Origin: Schizochytrium sp. TIO01
Lineage: Eukaryota > Protista > Bigyra: Labyrinthulomycetes
Direction of reading: 5' to 3'
DNA: 64,000 nt
NCBI GenBank assembly: GCA_004764695.1
Contig: SMSO01000033.1
Location: 2,542,001 to 2,606,000 of the forward strand
Shown here: positions 12,794 through 23,420 of the stretch, piece by piece
How the letters are laid out: the number at the start of each line of letters is the position of its first letter
Position numbering within the stretch: the first letter of the stretch is position 1
Notes under the pieces: model-generated
The model's input: only the letters and a program-made list of their open reading frames with translations
The model's database searches: none
What the model was told of the DNA's origin: nothing
Position numbers and translations under genes: made by a program

Positions 12794-14721
12794 ATTGTTC
12801 GTTTACCGGACCTAGAGATACTTAACCTCGTTATGCGCTTAGAAAGCGAAGGCGCCTTACGCTTATAAATTGGTGATTATGCCATAGGCTTTGAAGAGGA
12901 CTGAGAAGTCAACGCTGAGGAAGGCGTAAGAAATCTTCAGAAGTTATGTTTGATGATTTAGTCACCTGCTGTGGCGAACTATTTGGAGGATAATGGCAGC
13001 GAGCGATACAATAAATAGAATACCATGAAATTGGCGTTGGAGTAGCAGAACTCGTGGATGAAATGCAGCTAGCTCCAAGTTTACAGCACAGCATGCGTCG
13101 ATAACCTGGGTGGACTTTGGGCGTGGACGCCTTTGTAGCGAAGACTTCGAAGTGACTGGGATCCAGCCAGGAATTGGCTGCGATTTTGATGCGAAATAGG
13201 CACCAATGCAGAAGGTAAAAAAGCTATGTACATCTTGAAGAACATGCCACCTTGAAAAACGAAAAGGCCGTAGGGTCTGCTGATTTTGGAAACCGTCTCG
13301 ACGGCCCGAGAGATGGTCAAACTAGCCGTGGCATCGGCCCAGGGAAAGAGCTAGAAATATACAGCGTGAAATAGTTGCTTGCAGGACCATAATATAAAGC
13401 AATGTTATGGTATTAAGCTACAAATTGCACAAGCTTGCTTGCTTGCCGTCTCTGCTATATCTCTTTGCAGAGTAGAGCTCACGATAGTTTGCTCAATTAT
13501 AAGGAACCACAGGACCTGACGTGTATCTTGCTAACATCGCGGGATTGGGGTCAACGGAAGTCTTCAAGAAACATATAGCATGGCAGCCAGACTTGAACTT
13601 GGTTCTGAGTAAACCCTGGTACGAAATGAACGTAAATACTCATTGGGACTCATGAAAGTATGCAAACGACGTACTGAGTGAGTTTTTAGCCACTAGAAAA
13701 CTGTTTTACTACGATAATGTGTCCAAAAACGTTGGGCCTTCAAGTTGTCTTTTACCTCTCTAGAGATCATGGCTCCTGGAGTTTTGGTGAACTAGGAGCA
13801 TATTTATATATATATATATACATATATCTGCAAGAGCGTTTAGCGCATCTTCGGCTAAGGGTTCATCAGCGCCTACATACTCCTATGATACTGTGCTAAC
13901 AGGATGAAGAAGTAGGAGCAGCCTAATGGACTCCTATATCGAGATGCATCATCATCATCATCAGTATCATAAATATTATCAACATCAGCAGCAGTTCACT
14001 GCTATACGCAAGAGTCGAATATCTCTATAGAACGTAAAAGTTGAAGGGGGAGCTTGATTAATCCTGGTCATCAGCGCGTGACCATTGCTAGACCGGTGCC
14101 AGCTACAACGCCCTGCTAGGAAGTATTCTTGTAAAGAGGAATTTGGTTTCTTTGGAAAATAGCAAATAGCAAATCTTACTTACAAGAAAATAGATAGGAC
14201 CTCATAACCTAAACTATAGCAGCACCTCAATCGCATTGCAAACATCGGCACAGAATTCTGTAGATTCCGCCCACTCTTCAAGACCGAGGATAAACTCCTG
14301 GAAAACTTGAAGATATTTATCTGAAAGCTGGCATACTGGGCTCCTCAATGACATCAGGACTATCTTGATGGATCAAAGTAAAGATCTTCAATGACAGGTT
14401 CAAAGGGCACTTAAAATTGAGGACTAATTAGCACTTCTTAAGGCGCTATTAAGGGAGAAGGAGTTCGTGGCCAGGAAAGCAGAATGGAATCAACGCCTCG
14501 AGCGCTCGAAGAATCCGTGACCAAGAGCGCTTTCGCGGTGCGAGGCAGCTCCTAAAGTCCGCTCGAGGTCCTGTGCGAGCGTAGGAGATCCGCGGGTCTT
14601 GATTCCCGTGGTTTTCCAGAGCGGAGGCTGGAAGATTGACTGAAGTTTTTTTGATCAACCTCGATCACCCTTTCTCAGAGCTTGGTCTTGAAGTCCAGCT
14701 TACCCACACCCCATCCAAACA

Positions 14722-17700
14722 ATGCCGGTGGACGCGAACATGATGCTGCTGGCGCTGCAGCACACTCTAAACCCCGATGCTGCGAAGCGTCGTGAGGCGG
14801 AAGAGTTTCTTAGTAAGTCCAGTGCAGAACAAGGCTTTCTCATCGAGCTCTTGAAGATTGTTGCTCGTGACGATGCCGAGCAAACGGTCCGACTCGCGGC
14901 AGCAGTGCAGCTCAAGAACTGCGTTCGCTTCAACTGGACTCGCACCCCTGAAGAGCAATCTGACCGTGCTGCCAGGTTCAACTCCAAATACTTTGGTAAC
15001 ATGCGGCCTCAGATCTTGGACCCAAGTGAAAAGGCAATGGTCCGTGATAACATCATCGAAGCGCTCGCGCTCTCGCAGCAGAAGAATCTTCGCAAACTTC
15101 TCGGAGCCTGCGTCAAAAAGATCGCGATGGAAGATTTTCCTGAACAATGGAGCAACCCCGTCGAGCAGTCTGTCAAACTACTCATGACGCAAGACCCGAG
15201 CCGCATGCATGCAGGTTTGCTTGTACTCAGCAAAATCTGTAGCAAGTACGCCTACCACACAGACAATGAGAAGCGCGAACCGCTTAACCAGCTTGCCAAC
15301 TCCACCTTTGATATTCTGAGACAGTTATTTGAGGCCTTGCTGGCCCAGAACGTGAATGAGGTCTACGCCGCAGAACTCTTCAAGATGGTCTGCAAGATTT
15401 TTGTCAAGACAATCAATATGAAGGTGCCCCCGTACTTTCAGAATTCTGAGCAGCTGCATGCGTGGTGCAAGATGTTCATGACCCTCTTGCAAAAGCCCGT
15501 GCCGCCAGGCCAGCCCGCAGACATTGAAGCTCGCAACGAATGGCCATGGTGGAAGGCAAAGGCAAGAGCCGCGGAGTGTCTTCACAGGCTCTTCTCCAGA
15601 TACGGATTTCCCAAAAAGGAGGAAACTGACCTCTGCATGATGGTGTCATCCCGTACAGGAGTAGCAACGCAGATCATCGTGCCGGGCACCTTGCAGCAGC
15701 TGAAGGCTGTCTTTAACGAAGGTCAGTTCTGCACAATGCTAGTTGTGAGCTATTTGATCATGATTGTTGAGGAGGCTGTTGAATTTGCGACCATGTTTCA
15801 GCTTCTCAAGCCTGACATTAATTTCTTGGTCAGCACTGTCCTGCTCCCGTCACTGCGATGGACTCAGGGAGAGCTTGAGCTCTGGGAAACTGACCCGCAA
15901 ACTCTGGTTGCAGACCTCAACCGCTTTGACCGCACCATGAACATGCGCGGAATTAGCCTTAACGACGACGCTATGACCACTCTTGAGGCCATGTGCCGCA
16001 TGCGCAAAAGATACGTGCTTCCATTCACGATGGAGGTCATCAACAACATCGTCCAACGCCACCGTGCAGACCCGAATAACTTCGAGCTTGCCATGGAGAA
16101 GGCAGCTGCCTTGCGAGCTGTCGAGTGCCTCACGCACGTACTTAAGAAGGACGAGTCCTTCCCTCTCGAGAAGTTCATTGGAGAGGCTATCATGCCGGAC
16201 CTCAAGAGTCCGTTCCCATTTGTGCGTTTTGCAGCTGTGCGGTGCGTCTCCAAGATGATCAAGGTGAGATTCCCGTGGTCTAACGAGGATGTCGAGCGGG
16301 CTGTTGCTGAAGGTATGTTGCAGCTCCTTGCTGACCCTTCGCTGCCGGTTCGTGTGGAGGCCAGCTGTAACATGGCCAGCTTGTTCCGTAGAGGTACCCG
16401 CACCATGCACAGGGTCATCGGAAATGTTCTTCCGGATGTTGTCCGCAGCTTTCTTAGCATCATGCACGATGTTGGTGTCGACAACGTATTTTCATCCCTT
16501 CAGCAGCTCATTAACATTTACCCGAAGCAGGTCATGCCTTTCGGAATTGAAATTTGCCAGAAACTCGTTGACTCCTTCTCTCGATTCGCCTCTGAAGATA
16601 GCGATAAGGGCAATGAAGAGGCATTCGAGGTGGAGAGCGCTGCTCTGGATTGCCTCGAGTCGCTTCACACGATTCTCTCTGCGTTTGCCAACGAGGAGAA
16701 CCACGAACAAACTGAAAAGAACGCCTCCGGTCTCACTCCCGGTGAGGAGATCCTCAGGGCTATCATGCCCATCGTCATGCCAATGCTTAACTACATCCTA
16801 GCCGCTGGAGTGACTGTTTCAATCGAGGATGATAACCAGCTCGACCAGTTGGCACTTGCCTGTGGCCGTGAGCTATGCGGAGGATCCATCGCTGAGACTC
16901 AGCTTGATATGTCAGACTTCCTGGAGCAGGCCCTTGGCATGATTCACCGCATCATTTACTCCACCAAGATCGTCCAGCCCGTCATGTGGAACTACATTCC
17001 CTTGTTTTCCCGCCTTCTTTCCGGTTGGGGCAGTGAGTATGTCAATGAGGTCTTGAGCATTACTAACACAATGATCCACTTCGATCCTCAAGGTTTTATC
17101 AACACGAAGCCGCAGGGATGCACGAACCTTGCTGTTGTCTTTGACTATGCCAAGGCTCAGATCGACCTGGCCATCCAGAATGCAGAAGACGAGAACGGAG
17201 GCAGCAGTGGACACGGTGGCGATGACGATGACGACGATGATGATGACGACGATGACTTTGAGGTTGAGGGTGATGACTTTCAACAGCTTCTTGACGACCA
17301 CATGCGCCACTACAGCGATGACCAGGTCGATCGCTGCGCCGTTGAAGCTGCTGCTGTGATGTCAACTATTCTGCAAATCTGCCCAGGCCAGGTCGACAAC
17401 TATGTAAAGCCCATGGTAGATAGTATGATGGCTGCTCTGACTACCCTTAGTGAGACTGCGGAGCCCTGGATTGTGACTGCGATGCTCACCACAATTGAGA
17501 GTGCTATTTACTACAACCCCATCCTTGCTCTGGAGTCCATTGGCGGTGACAAGCTTGAGGCTTTTTTCATGGCTTGCTTTGAAAACATCGAGTCTCACGT
17601 GATTATTGGTGAGAAGATGATTGGAATCCTCGCATTTGCGCGCATCTTGGCCCTTCCCTCAGCCAACACCCCACCTCAGATCAACGCACAGCGCGGAGAT

Positions 17701-18237
17701 CTTGTCAAGGCCATCAGTGTCCACACGAAGACTTTGCACCAGCTTCGCACGGCTATCGAAGAGCGCAAACGTGAGATCATGGAGCAGGCGAAGAACTCCT
17801 CGCAGGACGATGACAATGACATCGCGTCGCGTGGTGGCGATAGTCTCGACGAAGATGACAATGGCGATGGAATTGCCGGCATCTTCCGCGAGGGAGCCAC
17901 AGATGTTGAGGAAACTCTTAATGTGTTTGAGCAAACTATCCAAACACCGACATTTGATCCCTTCCTTCAGGATGACGATGACGTGTCTGGAGAAGAGGAG
18001 AGCGGCGACAATGATGACGTTGAGGAGTTCCCCGTTGAGACTCTTGATGAATTTGTGTTTTTCTACCAGACTTTTGAAAACGCCGGTGCTGCTGCCAAAT
18101 CTGAACTCGAGCAGGTTGTCAGCCAGCTTGACTCCGAAACGGCGAATGTGATTAGTTCCCTTCTTCAGGAGGGTGCCCGCCGTGTCTCGCAGGGTGCCAA
18201 GCCTGCTCTTTGGCCGTCTCCGCCTACCCAGCAGTAG
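14722..18237 (+). CDS. Importin-7/8-like karyopherin-beta, 1171 aa
   Basis: IBN_N N-terminus (LQHTLNPDAAKRREAEEFL...VRLAAAVQLKN), DFPEQW and WPWWKAK...LHRLFSRYG motifs of the IPO7/IPO8/SAD2 group, HEAT repeats, and acidic C-terminal loops. Confidence 0.9.
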   Translation: MPVDANMMLLALQHTLNPDAAKRREAEEFLSKSSAEQGFLIELLKIVARDDAEQTVRLAAAVQLKNCVRFNWTRTPEEQSDRAARFNSKYFGNMRPQILDPSEKAMVRDNIIEALALSQQKNLRKLLGACVKKIAMEDFPEQWSNPVEQSVKLLMTQDPSRMHAGLLVLSKICSKYAYHTDNEKREPLNQLANSTFDILRQLFEALLAQNVNEVYAAELFKMVCKIFVKTINMKVPPYFQNSEQLHAWCKMFMTLLQKPVPPGQPADIEARNEWPWWKAKARAAECLHRLFSRYGFPKKEETDLCMMVSSRTGVATQIIVPGTLQQLKAVFNEGQFCTMLVVSYLIMIVEEAVEFATMFQLLKPDINFLVSTVLLPSLRWTQGELELWETDPQTLVADLNRFDRTMNMRGISLNDDAMTTLEAMCRMRKRYVLPFTMEVINNIVQRHRADPNNFELAMEKAAALRAVECLTHVLKKDESFPLEKFIGEAIMPDLKSPFPFVRFAAVRCVSKMIKVRFPWSNEDVERAVAEGMLQLLADPSLPVRVEASCNMASLFRRGTRTMHRVIGNVLPDVVRSFLSIMHDVGVDNVFSSLQQLINIYPKQVMPFGIEICQKLVDSFSRFASEDSDKGNEEAFEVESAALDCLESLHTILSAFANEENHEQTEKNASGLTPGEEILRAIMPIVMPMLNYILAAGVTVSIEDDNQLDQLALACGRELCGGSIAETQLDMSDFLEQALGMIHRIIYSTKIVQPVMWNYIPLFSRLLSGWGSEYVNEVLSITNTMIHFDPQGFINTKPQGCTNLAVVFDYAKAQIDLAIQNAEDENGGSSGHGGDDDDDDDDDDDDFEVEGDDFQQLLDDHMRHYSDDQVDRCAVEAAAVMSTILQICPGQVDNYVKPMVDSMMAALTTLSETAEPWIVTAMLTTIESAIYYNPILALESIGGDKLEAFFMACFENIESHVIIGEKMIGILAFARILALPSANTPPQINAQRGDLVKAISVHTKTLHQLRTAIEERKREIMEQAKNSSQDDDNDIASRGGDSLDEDDNGDGIAGIFREGATDVEETLNVFEQTIQTPTFDPFLQDDDDVSGEEESGDNDDVEEFPVETLDEFVFFYQTFENAGAAAKSELEQVVSQLDSETANVISSLLQEGARRVSQGAKPALWPSPPTQQ

Positions 18238-19093
18238 ACGAACAAACCCTGATTTTAGGTGGAGTGGGTCATATAGAGCCTTTCCTGTAGAAATCGGCGA
18301 AATCTCAGTGGATGACAAACCAGGCGACACGCTGCTAAATACCTGCCTTGAGCTTATGGTAAGTCTCTCGCAAAGGTAGAATTGCAGTGGTCGCCTTTCA
18401 CACAGATCCACACAATATTCCTAAAAACTCCTTTCGTTAATTGTTCTGACCGCGTGAATAAAGTATTTCATGATTTTAAAACACATTCATTTTGCTTTGC
18501 AAAGACTCCAATGAACGCGACAATGCGTCGTCTACTAATTGTACATGTTCTAAAGCTTGCAGCCTGCCCTTAGTGTTATATCTTACTCTATGCGAGTTCT
18601 AATTTGCGCAGTTTTCTCAAATGCAGGAATAGAAATGTGTTTCGTGTCAGTTTTATAGCCATGGAAGATGGGATTTAAGACAACAATTTCATATCTCGAG
18701 TTTGTCGTATTGATGGCGATAGTGCGGTCCCCAAAAATTCATTTGCGTGACCATTTCCCTAAAATCTCAGGTCTCTTTCTTGGCGTGGCAATGTTCTCTA
18801 CTCCTCTCATGAGTACCTAGTATCTACGATCCATAGATAGTAGTAATTTAATTAATTAAAATTAAATTGAGACGCTTTTCAATTTTGTTGTTTCCATAAT
18901 TAATTAACCAAACTCGCATTAGCATCGACGCTATCGCGCTCTCTTCGAAGCGCTGTGACAGTGAAGAGAGAGAGATTGCGATTGTCTGCTCCTGGTGCTA
19001 ACTCCTGCATCCAGAAGCTGGTTGAAGAGTCGGGGAAAGAACGTTAGTTAGGGAAGCCACTTCAGTCGAGCCAAGGGGTCACAGGGAGCATCC

Positions 19094-19877
19094 ATGCAGG
19101 AGCTTTTGCGCGAACAGCGTCAACGGCGTGCTGCCAACCGCCGTGAGATTGGTAAGTGGTTATATGAGGAGGTAAAACGGATATGGCGGATGCAGAAAAG
19201 GTGTTAAAGTTTTCTTTTCAATGTACAATTGTCCTGTAGAGCTGAGTTCTAGATGCAAAGGAATGGCACTCACTTATGGTCGACCACTCGGTCAGATGTT
19301 GCGTTTTGCTGATGCTCGCTCTTCCTTCGATATAGGTTGCTAAGGCTTGTATGGTATTGTGTAAGGAGATCTGGTTGTAATAGCTTGATCGCACATGTAT
19401 GAATTTTGAATACAAGTATCACTGACGCAATGATGCATTACAATTCTACGCGCAGAGGTTGCCAAGGCAGCAGCAGTCCAAGCAGGGCGTAGGGCCAATG
19501 CAACTGCGTTAATGGCAGTCAATAGAGACACTGTAGTTGTCTTCAAGACGCAACAGGATTTGGAAAAGCAATCTCAGCAACTTGCAACGGAGACTGCTGA
19601 GTTTGCGAAGCAAGCAAATCGATGGCTCGACGCTTTTCAAGGCCTTAATCTTGCGGTGGAAAGGCTAGACGGTCTTGAATCTTGGGCCCAGGGAATCGAA
19701 GACGACCTTTCAGCTATTACAGACTCTTTAGAGGAAATTAGCTCAGGGCCGCAAGCAACAGCTACTTTAGGCGACCATATGTCTGATTATTATGGTGAAG
19801 ATGACTTAGAGATGCCGACTCCCCCAAGTCTCTCTGCGAGTACTGAGGAAACCTCACAAACAAAATCACAGAGCTAA
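19094..19877 (+). CDS. BLOC1S1: BLOC-1 subunit 1 (GCN5L1/BLOS1)-like coiled-coil protein, 159 aa, 2 exons
   Basis: Exons 19094-19151 (MQELLREQRQRRAANRREI) and 19456-19877; intron GTAAGT...GCGCAG, in frame. The pattern Q..LE.....L......FAKQ...W......N.A...L..LE.WA..IE.DL..I...LE matches BLOS1. Confidence 0.82.
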
Positions 19878-20618
19878 CCTTTTTTTGTAGTGTAAAATAC
19901 AATCGTTTATAGCAAGAGGCGCCGGAACAAACATAAATCTGGGCTTTGTATATGCTTTCAAAATTAGCATTAGCTGACTGTTCACTTGTATATATACAAA
20001 GAAAAAAGAGCTTAACAATTAGAAATGATTGCAGATGGTCCACCCAACCTCACCGTTTCAGTTTGAATGACGTTGTAGCTTGAGAGCTCTACTAGAGCAG
20101 CGAACAAGCAACATATTTATCAAACCACAGCTACACAGCAGGCCAACAACTTTAAAAAATGCAGCTACATCACTGAATTTACGCTGGAAATTTTTGTTAC
20201 TTAGTCCCGGAATATGGTGCGTGTGCTATAAATTTATTCTATGGACAAAGCGTTCCACATTCAGGTGACTATCGGAACAATACATCATACTTGTATTTTG
20301 AAGCCTCATGAAGAATTCAGAAATAATGTTTTATTTGATCCGAACTCAACATAGACTCGCGTTATAATACGTTCTACTTTAGAAACTTCATACAATTATC
20401 ACGTTTTTATAGAATTGAAGGACTTTTCAAAGATGCAACAGCTTAGAATATTCCCACTGCTATAATGCACTTATTTAGTTGCTGCGTTGATTGAAATTTG
20501 ATGAAGGATACTCTTTAAGCTGGTTAAGAAATATATATATATCCTTTTATAAAATAGCCGCTACAAGTGACTCTGCCATGGCAGGAGGTTTGTGTCATAT
20601 GCAAAGGTCTTTATAATT

Positions 20619-21542
20619 TTAACCCCTCTTCACAAGAGAGGCTGCAAGGATCCCAAAGGCAACGGATACATTTAGTGAGTCAACAATACCTCCGCCTGCA
20701 ACTTCAGCGCCGTCGCGGCGTCCTGGAATACTCATGAAGTCCGTGCAGGCATCCATAACCTGCGGGCGGACACCAGAGCCTTCACTGCCCATCACAAGGA
20801 TAACGTTTTCATCACTACTGAGATCTTCAGCCCGTAATGTATGCTCGTCCTCAACACGTGTGGCAACTGTCCTCCATTTATTTTCCCGCAGAAAATCGAG
20901 GAACTCCGCTGAAGATCCCACAATCTCCCAAAGTGCGTTTTTGCCACAGAACATATCAAGCGCTCCTGCAGACACTCTAGCGACGGTCTCCGAAAGTGGA
21001 GCTGATTTTTTACTGCTGATAAGAACGTCGTCGACACCAAGAAACCACGCCGTTCTCAAAATTGCACCTAAGTTCTGGGTATCCTGGAGCTGATCTAACA
21101 GCACAGCAGTTCGTCCTGAGCCGCGTTGCCACTCCGGCCGAGTCCTCTCATTGAGACGTTTTCCATACAGAGGGCCAACCTCAAGTGCAACACCGCGGTG
21201 GTGCGGGTTTACGTTGTCAAGCGTCTGTTTGGGCACCAGTCTTGTTTCAATCTGAAGACCACGAGCTTTAGCTCTCGCCATGAGTTCGTCAGGGTTTCTC
21301 CCGGCACCAAAGTGATCTATGAGGTCATTTTGTAGGAGAAGCCTCCCGTACTGAGGCCTTGCTCCTGCCCAGAGCGCAGCAGACACCGCGTGTGGTCCGC
21401 CAAGAGTCTCGAGCTGGCCCGCATGGTTCCCTTTTGCAGCCGGCTTACCACCTTTCCTTGGCCCGCCAGCACCACGTGCCTTCTTGGGGCCGCCAGATGA
21501 CCCTGCGAACCGCCCGCCGCCCTTGGTGAAGCCTCCGCGCAT
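20619..21542 (-). CDS. SpoU/TrmH-family rRNA 2'-O-methyltransferase (MRM1/RlmB-like), 307 aa
   Basis: SPOUT motifs LDQLQDTQNLGAILRTA, VMGSEGSG and VDSLNVSVA, plus HHRGVAL (HQG-like) in the substrate-binding domain. Confidence 0.9.
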   Translation of the reverse strand: MRGGFTKGGGRFAGSSGGPKKARGAGGPRKGGKPAAKGNHAGQLETLGGPHAVSAALWAGARPQYGRLLLQNDLIDHFGAGRNPDELMARAKARGLQIETRLVPKQTLDNVNPHHRGVALEVGPLYGKRLNERTRPEWQRGSGRTAVLLDQLQDTQNLGAILRTAWFLGVDDVLISSKKSAPLSETVARVSAGALDMFCGKNALWEIVGSSAEFLDFLRENKWRTVATRVEDEHTLRAEDLSSDENVILVMGSEGSGVRPQVMDACTDFMSIPGRRDGAEVAGGGIVDSLNVSVAFGILAASLVKRG

Positions 21543-21821
21543 GGTCTCAAGAGCGGTTGCTTATTATACGAGTCTGCCTTCTCAGATCTTGAACCAAAGT
21601 TTCCACAGCCACGTTATTAGTCAATATGGCGGTTCAAAACCGAGTTCTCAAAGAACGTGGAGAGCAAAACCAAAACTGCAGCGAGACAAACGAAGAACGA
21701 TCGACCCTTGGAGGACAAGACGTCACGATCGCAGAAGGCGCCTAGACTTGAGCAAACATCTTCTTTATGAATACGTAGTCCAGTGTGAGTACGGAGGTGA
21801 GATTCTTTGGGAGTGTCGAAA
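21543..21821. promoter_or_regulatory. Probable compact bidirectional promoter
   Basis: Only 279 bp separate the divergent start codons of the TrmH-family and Tag genes. Inferred from layout; no specific motif identified. Confidence 0.5.
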
Positions 21822-22877
21822 ATGATGCGCATGGGAAGAGAACTTCGGTCGAAACGGAGCACCGTGGCGGCGGGGACAAGGATGGTCGCGAGAGGAACGT
21901 CGACAAAGAGACAGAAATGCTCACCTGAAGAACTCCAAGACGACTCGAGCGAAGAAGCGAGAATGAAAGTTCAAAATGACCAAGACTCGGATTCCGGTTC
22001 CGTGGAGCAAAGCTTCGGACGGAACGATGCCAAAAATACCGACAGTGGAGGCGCAACCAAGGTAACAAAGGGGCGTAGAAAATCAGTGAAGAAGCCAAGT
22101 TCGATCGAGGTTGACGAAGAAACTCAGAAGCATGCTAAGAAGTTGAAAAGCGTATCCAAGAAGCCCCAAGAGGCCAGCACTGGAAACACGAAGCCAAAGG
22201 CTTCATCGAAAGAAAGCAAGATGAAGAACAAAGGCATGGCATCTCCAAACTCAGAGACACCAAAAGATGATGGTCGTGAACGATGCGGATGGTGCAACTC
22301 AACCCAACTGTACCAGGACTATCATGATTTGGAGTGGGGTATTCCTGTGCGCTTAAAACAAGGGCTGGAAAATGACTTAGCCCATAAAACAAGTATTGAC
22401 AATAAGCTCTTTGAAATGCTTTGCCTCGAAGGTGCCCAAGCTGGACTTTCCTGGTACACAGTATTGGTGAAACGCGAACGATATCGGGAGCTGTTTGAGA
22501 ATTTTGAGATAGATAAGGTTGCAGCCTTCGAGCCGTCTAAGATCGAGGCTATGTTGAATGACGCTGGTATTATTCGTCACCGCGGGAAACTTCAGAGTGT
22601 TGTAAGCAACGCCAAATTAACTCAAGAAGTCCAAAAAACTCATGGGTCTCTCAGCACTTATCTTTGGCAATTTGCCCCGGAAGATCCTTTCTCCAATCCC
22701 GACATTCGTCAGTCTTTCACCCCAGAGGCAAAGTCAATGAGCAACGCACTCAAGAAGAAAGGATTTAAGTTTGTGGGGCCTACAATCTGTCATGCTTTCA
22801 TGCAGGCTGTTGGCATGTTCAACGACCATGCCCCAACCTGCTTTAGATACAAAGTTGATCGTAATACTGAAAAATAA
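21822..22877 (+). CDS. DNA-3-methyladenine glycosylase I (Tag family) with a basic, disordered N-terminal extension, about 351 aa
   Basis: Motifs RCGW, YQDYHDLEWG, LFEMLCLEGAQAGLSW, GFKFVGPTICHAFMQAVG and NDH...C (Zn ligands). Confidence 0.93.
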   Translation: MMRMGRELRSKRSTVAAGTRMVARGTSTKRQKCSPEELQDDSSEEARMKVQNDQDSDSGSVEQSFGRNDAKNTDSGGATKVTKGRRKSVKKPSSIEVDEETQKHAKKLKSVSKKPQEASTGNTKPKASSKESKMKNKGMASPNSETPKDDGRERCGWCNSTQLYQDYHDLEWGIPVRLKQGLENDLAHKTSIDNKLFEMLCLEGAQAGLSWYTVLVKRERYRELFENFEIDKVAAFEPSKIEAMLNDAGIIRHRGKLQSVVSNAKLTQEVQKTHGSLSTYLWQFAPEDPFSNPDIRQSFTPEAKSMSNALKKKGFKFVGPTICHAFMQAVGMFNDHAPTCFRYKVDRNTEK

Positions 22878-23420
22878 GTTACGATGTGGTTAAACTCTAC
22901 TGAATCGAAAACGTGGCGGCGAAGGTTGAGTTGTGGATTCGACAATGCCAAGGTAGCGCTTGCTTAGGACAATATTTACTCCCCATATATGGCGCAGAAG
23001 TATGGAGTGACTAAAATTTAAAATTGGATCCTGTGGTCAAATTGAACTGTTGCTTTTAATATTTGGGCAGTGTTTGTCTTTAACTGCACAATTCACAATT
23101 CAATTTGACCCTTTAAAATATTCGTAGTAAGTAAGGTCGATATAATGCGATTCTATCTTGTTTCTTTTTCTTTTTTTCCCTAACACTGCACTTTCGAGGC
23201 CTTCTTTGTTCATTTTAAGAAAATCGATTCAAGAGTCAACTTTTGCGAGGGTAGTCACTTCAAGCAAAGGTGAGCCTGCCCCGCCCCGTTCTAGAGCAAA
23301 GAGGAATTGTCGACTCAGTAGCCCATACAAAGAGTTTGAAGACCAGACAGCTGGGCAGATACTTCAAAACAGGAGAAATTAGAATGAGCAACGGCGACAA
23401 GAAGTAGTTGTAACTACAAT

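Noticed and set aside
12900-14450. Short ORFs in moderately complex sequence upstream of the importin gene
   Set aside because: No consistent frame or family motif; insufficient to call a gene or pseudogene.
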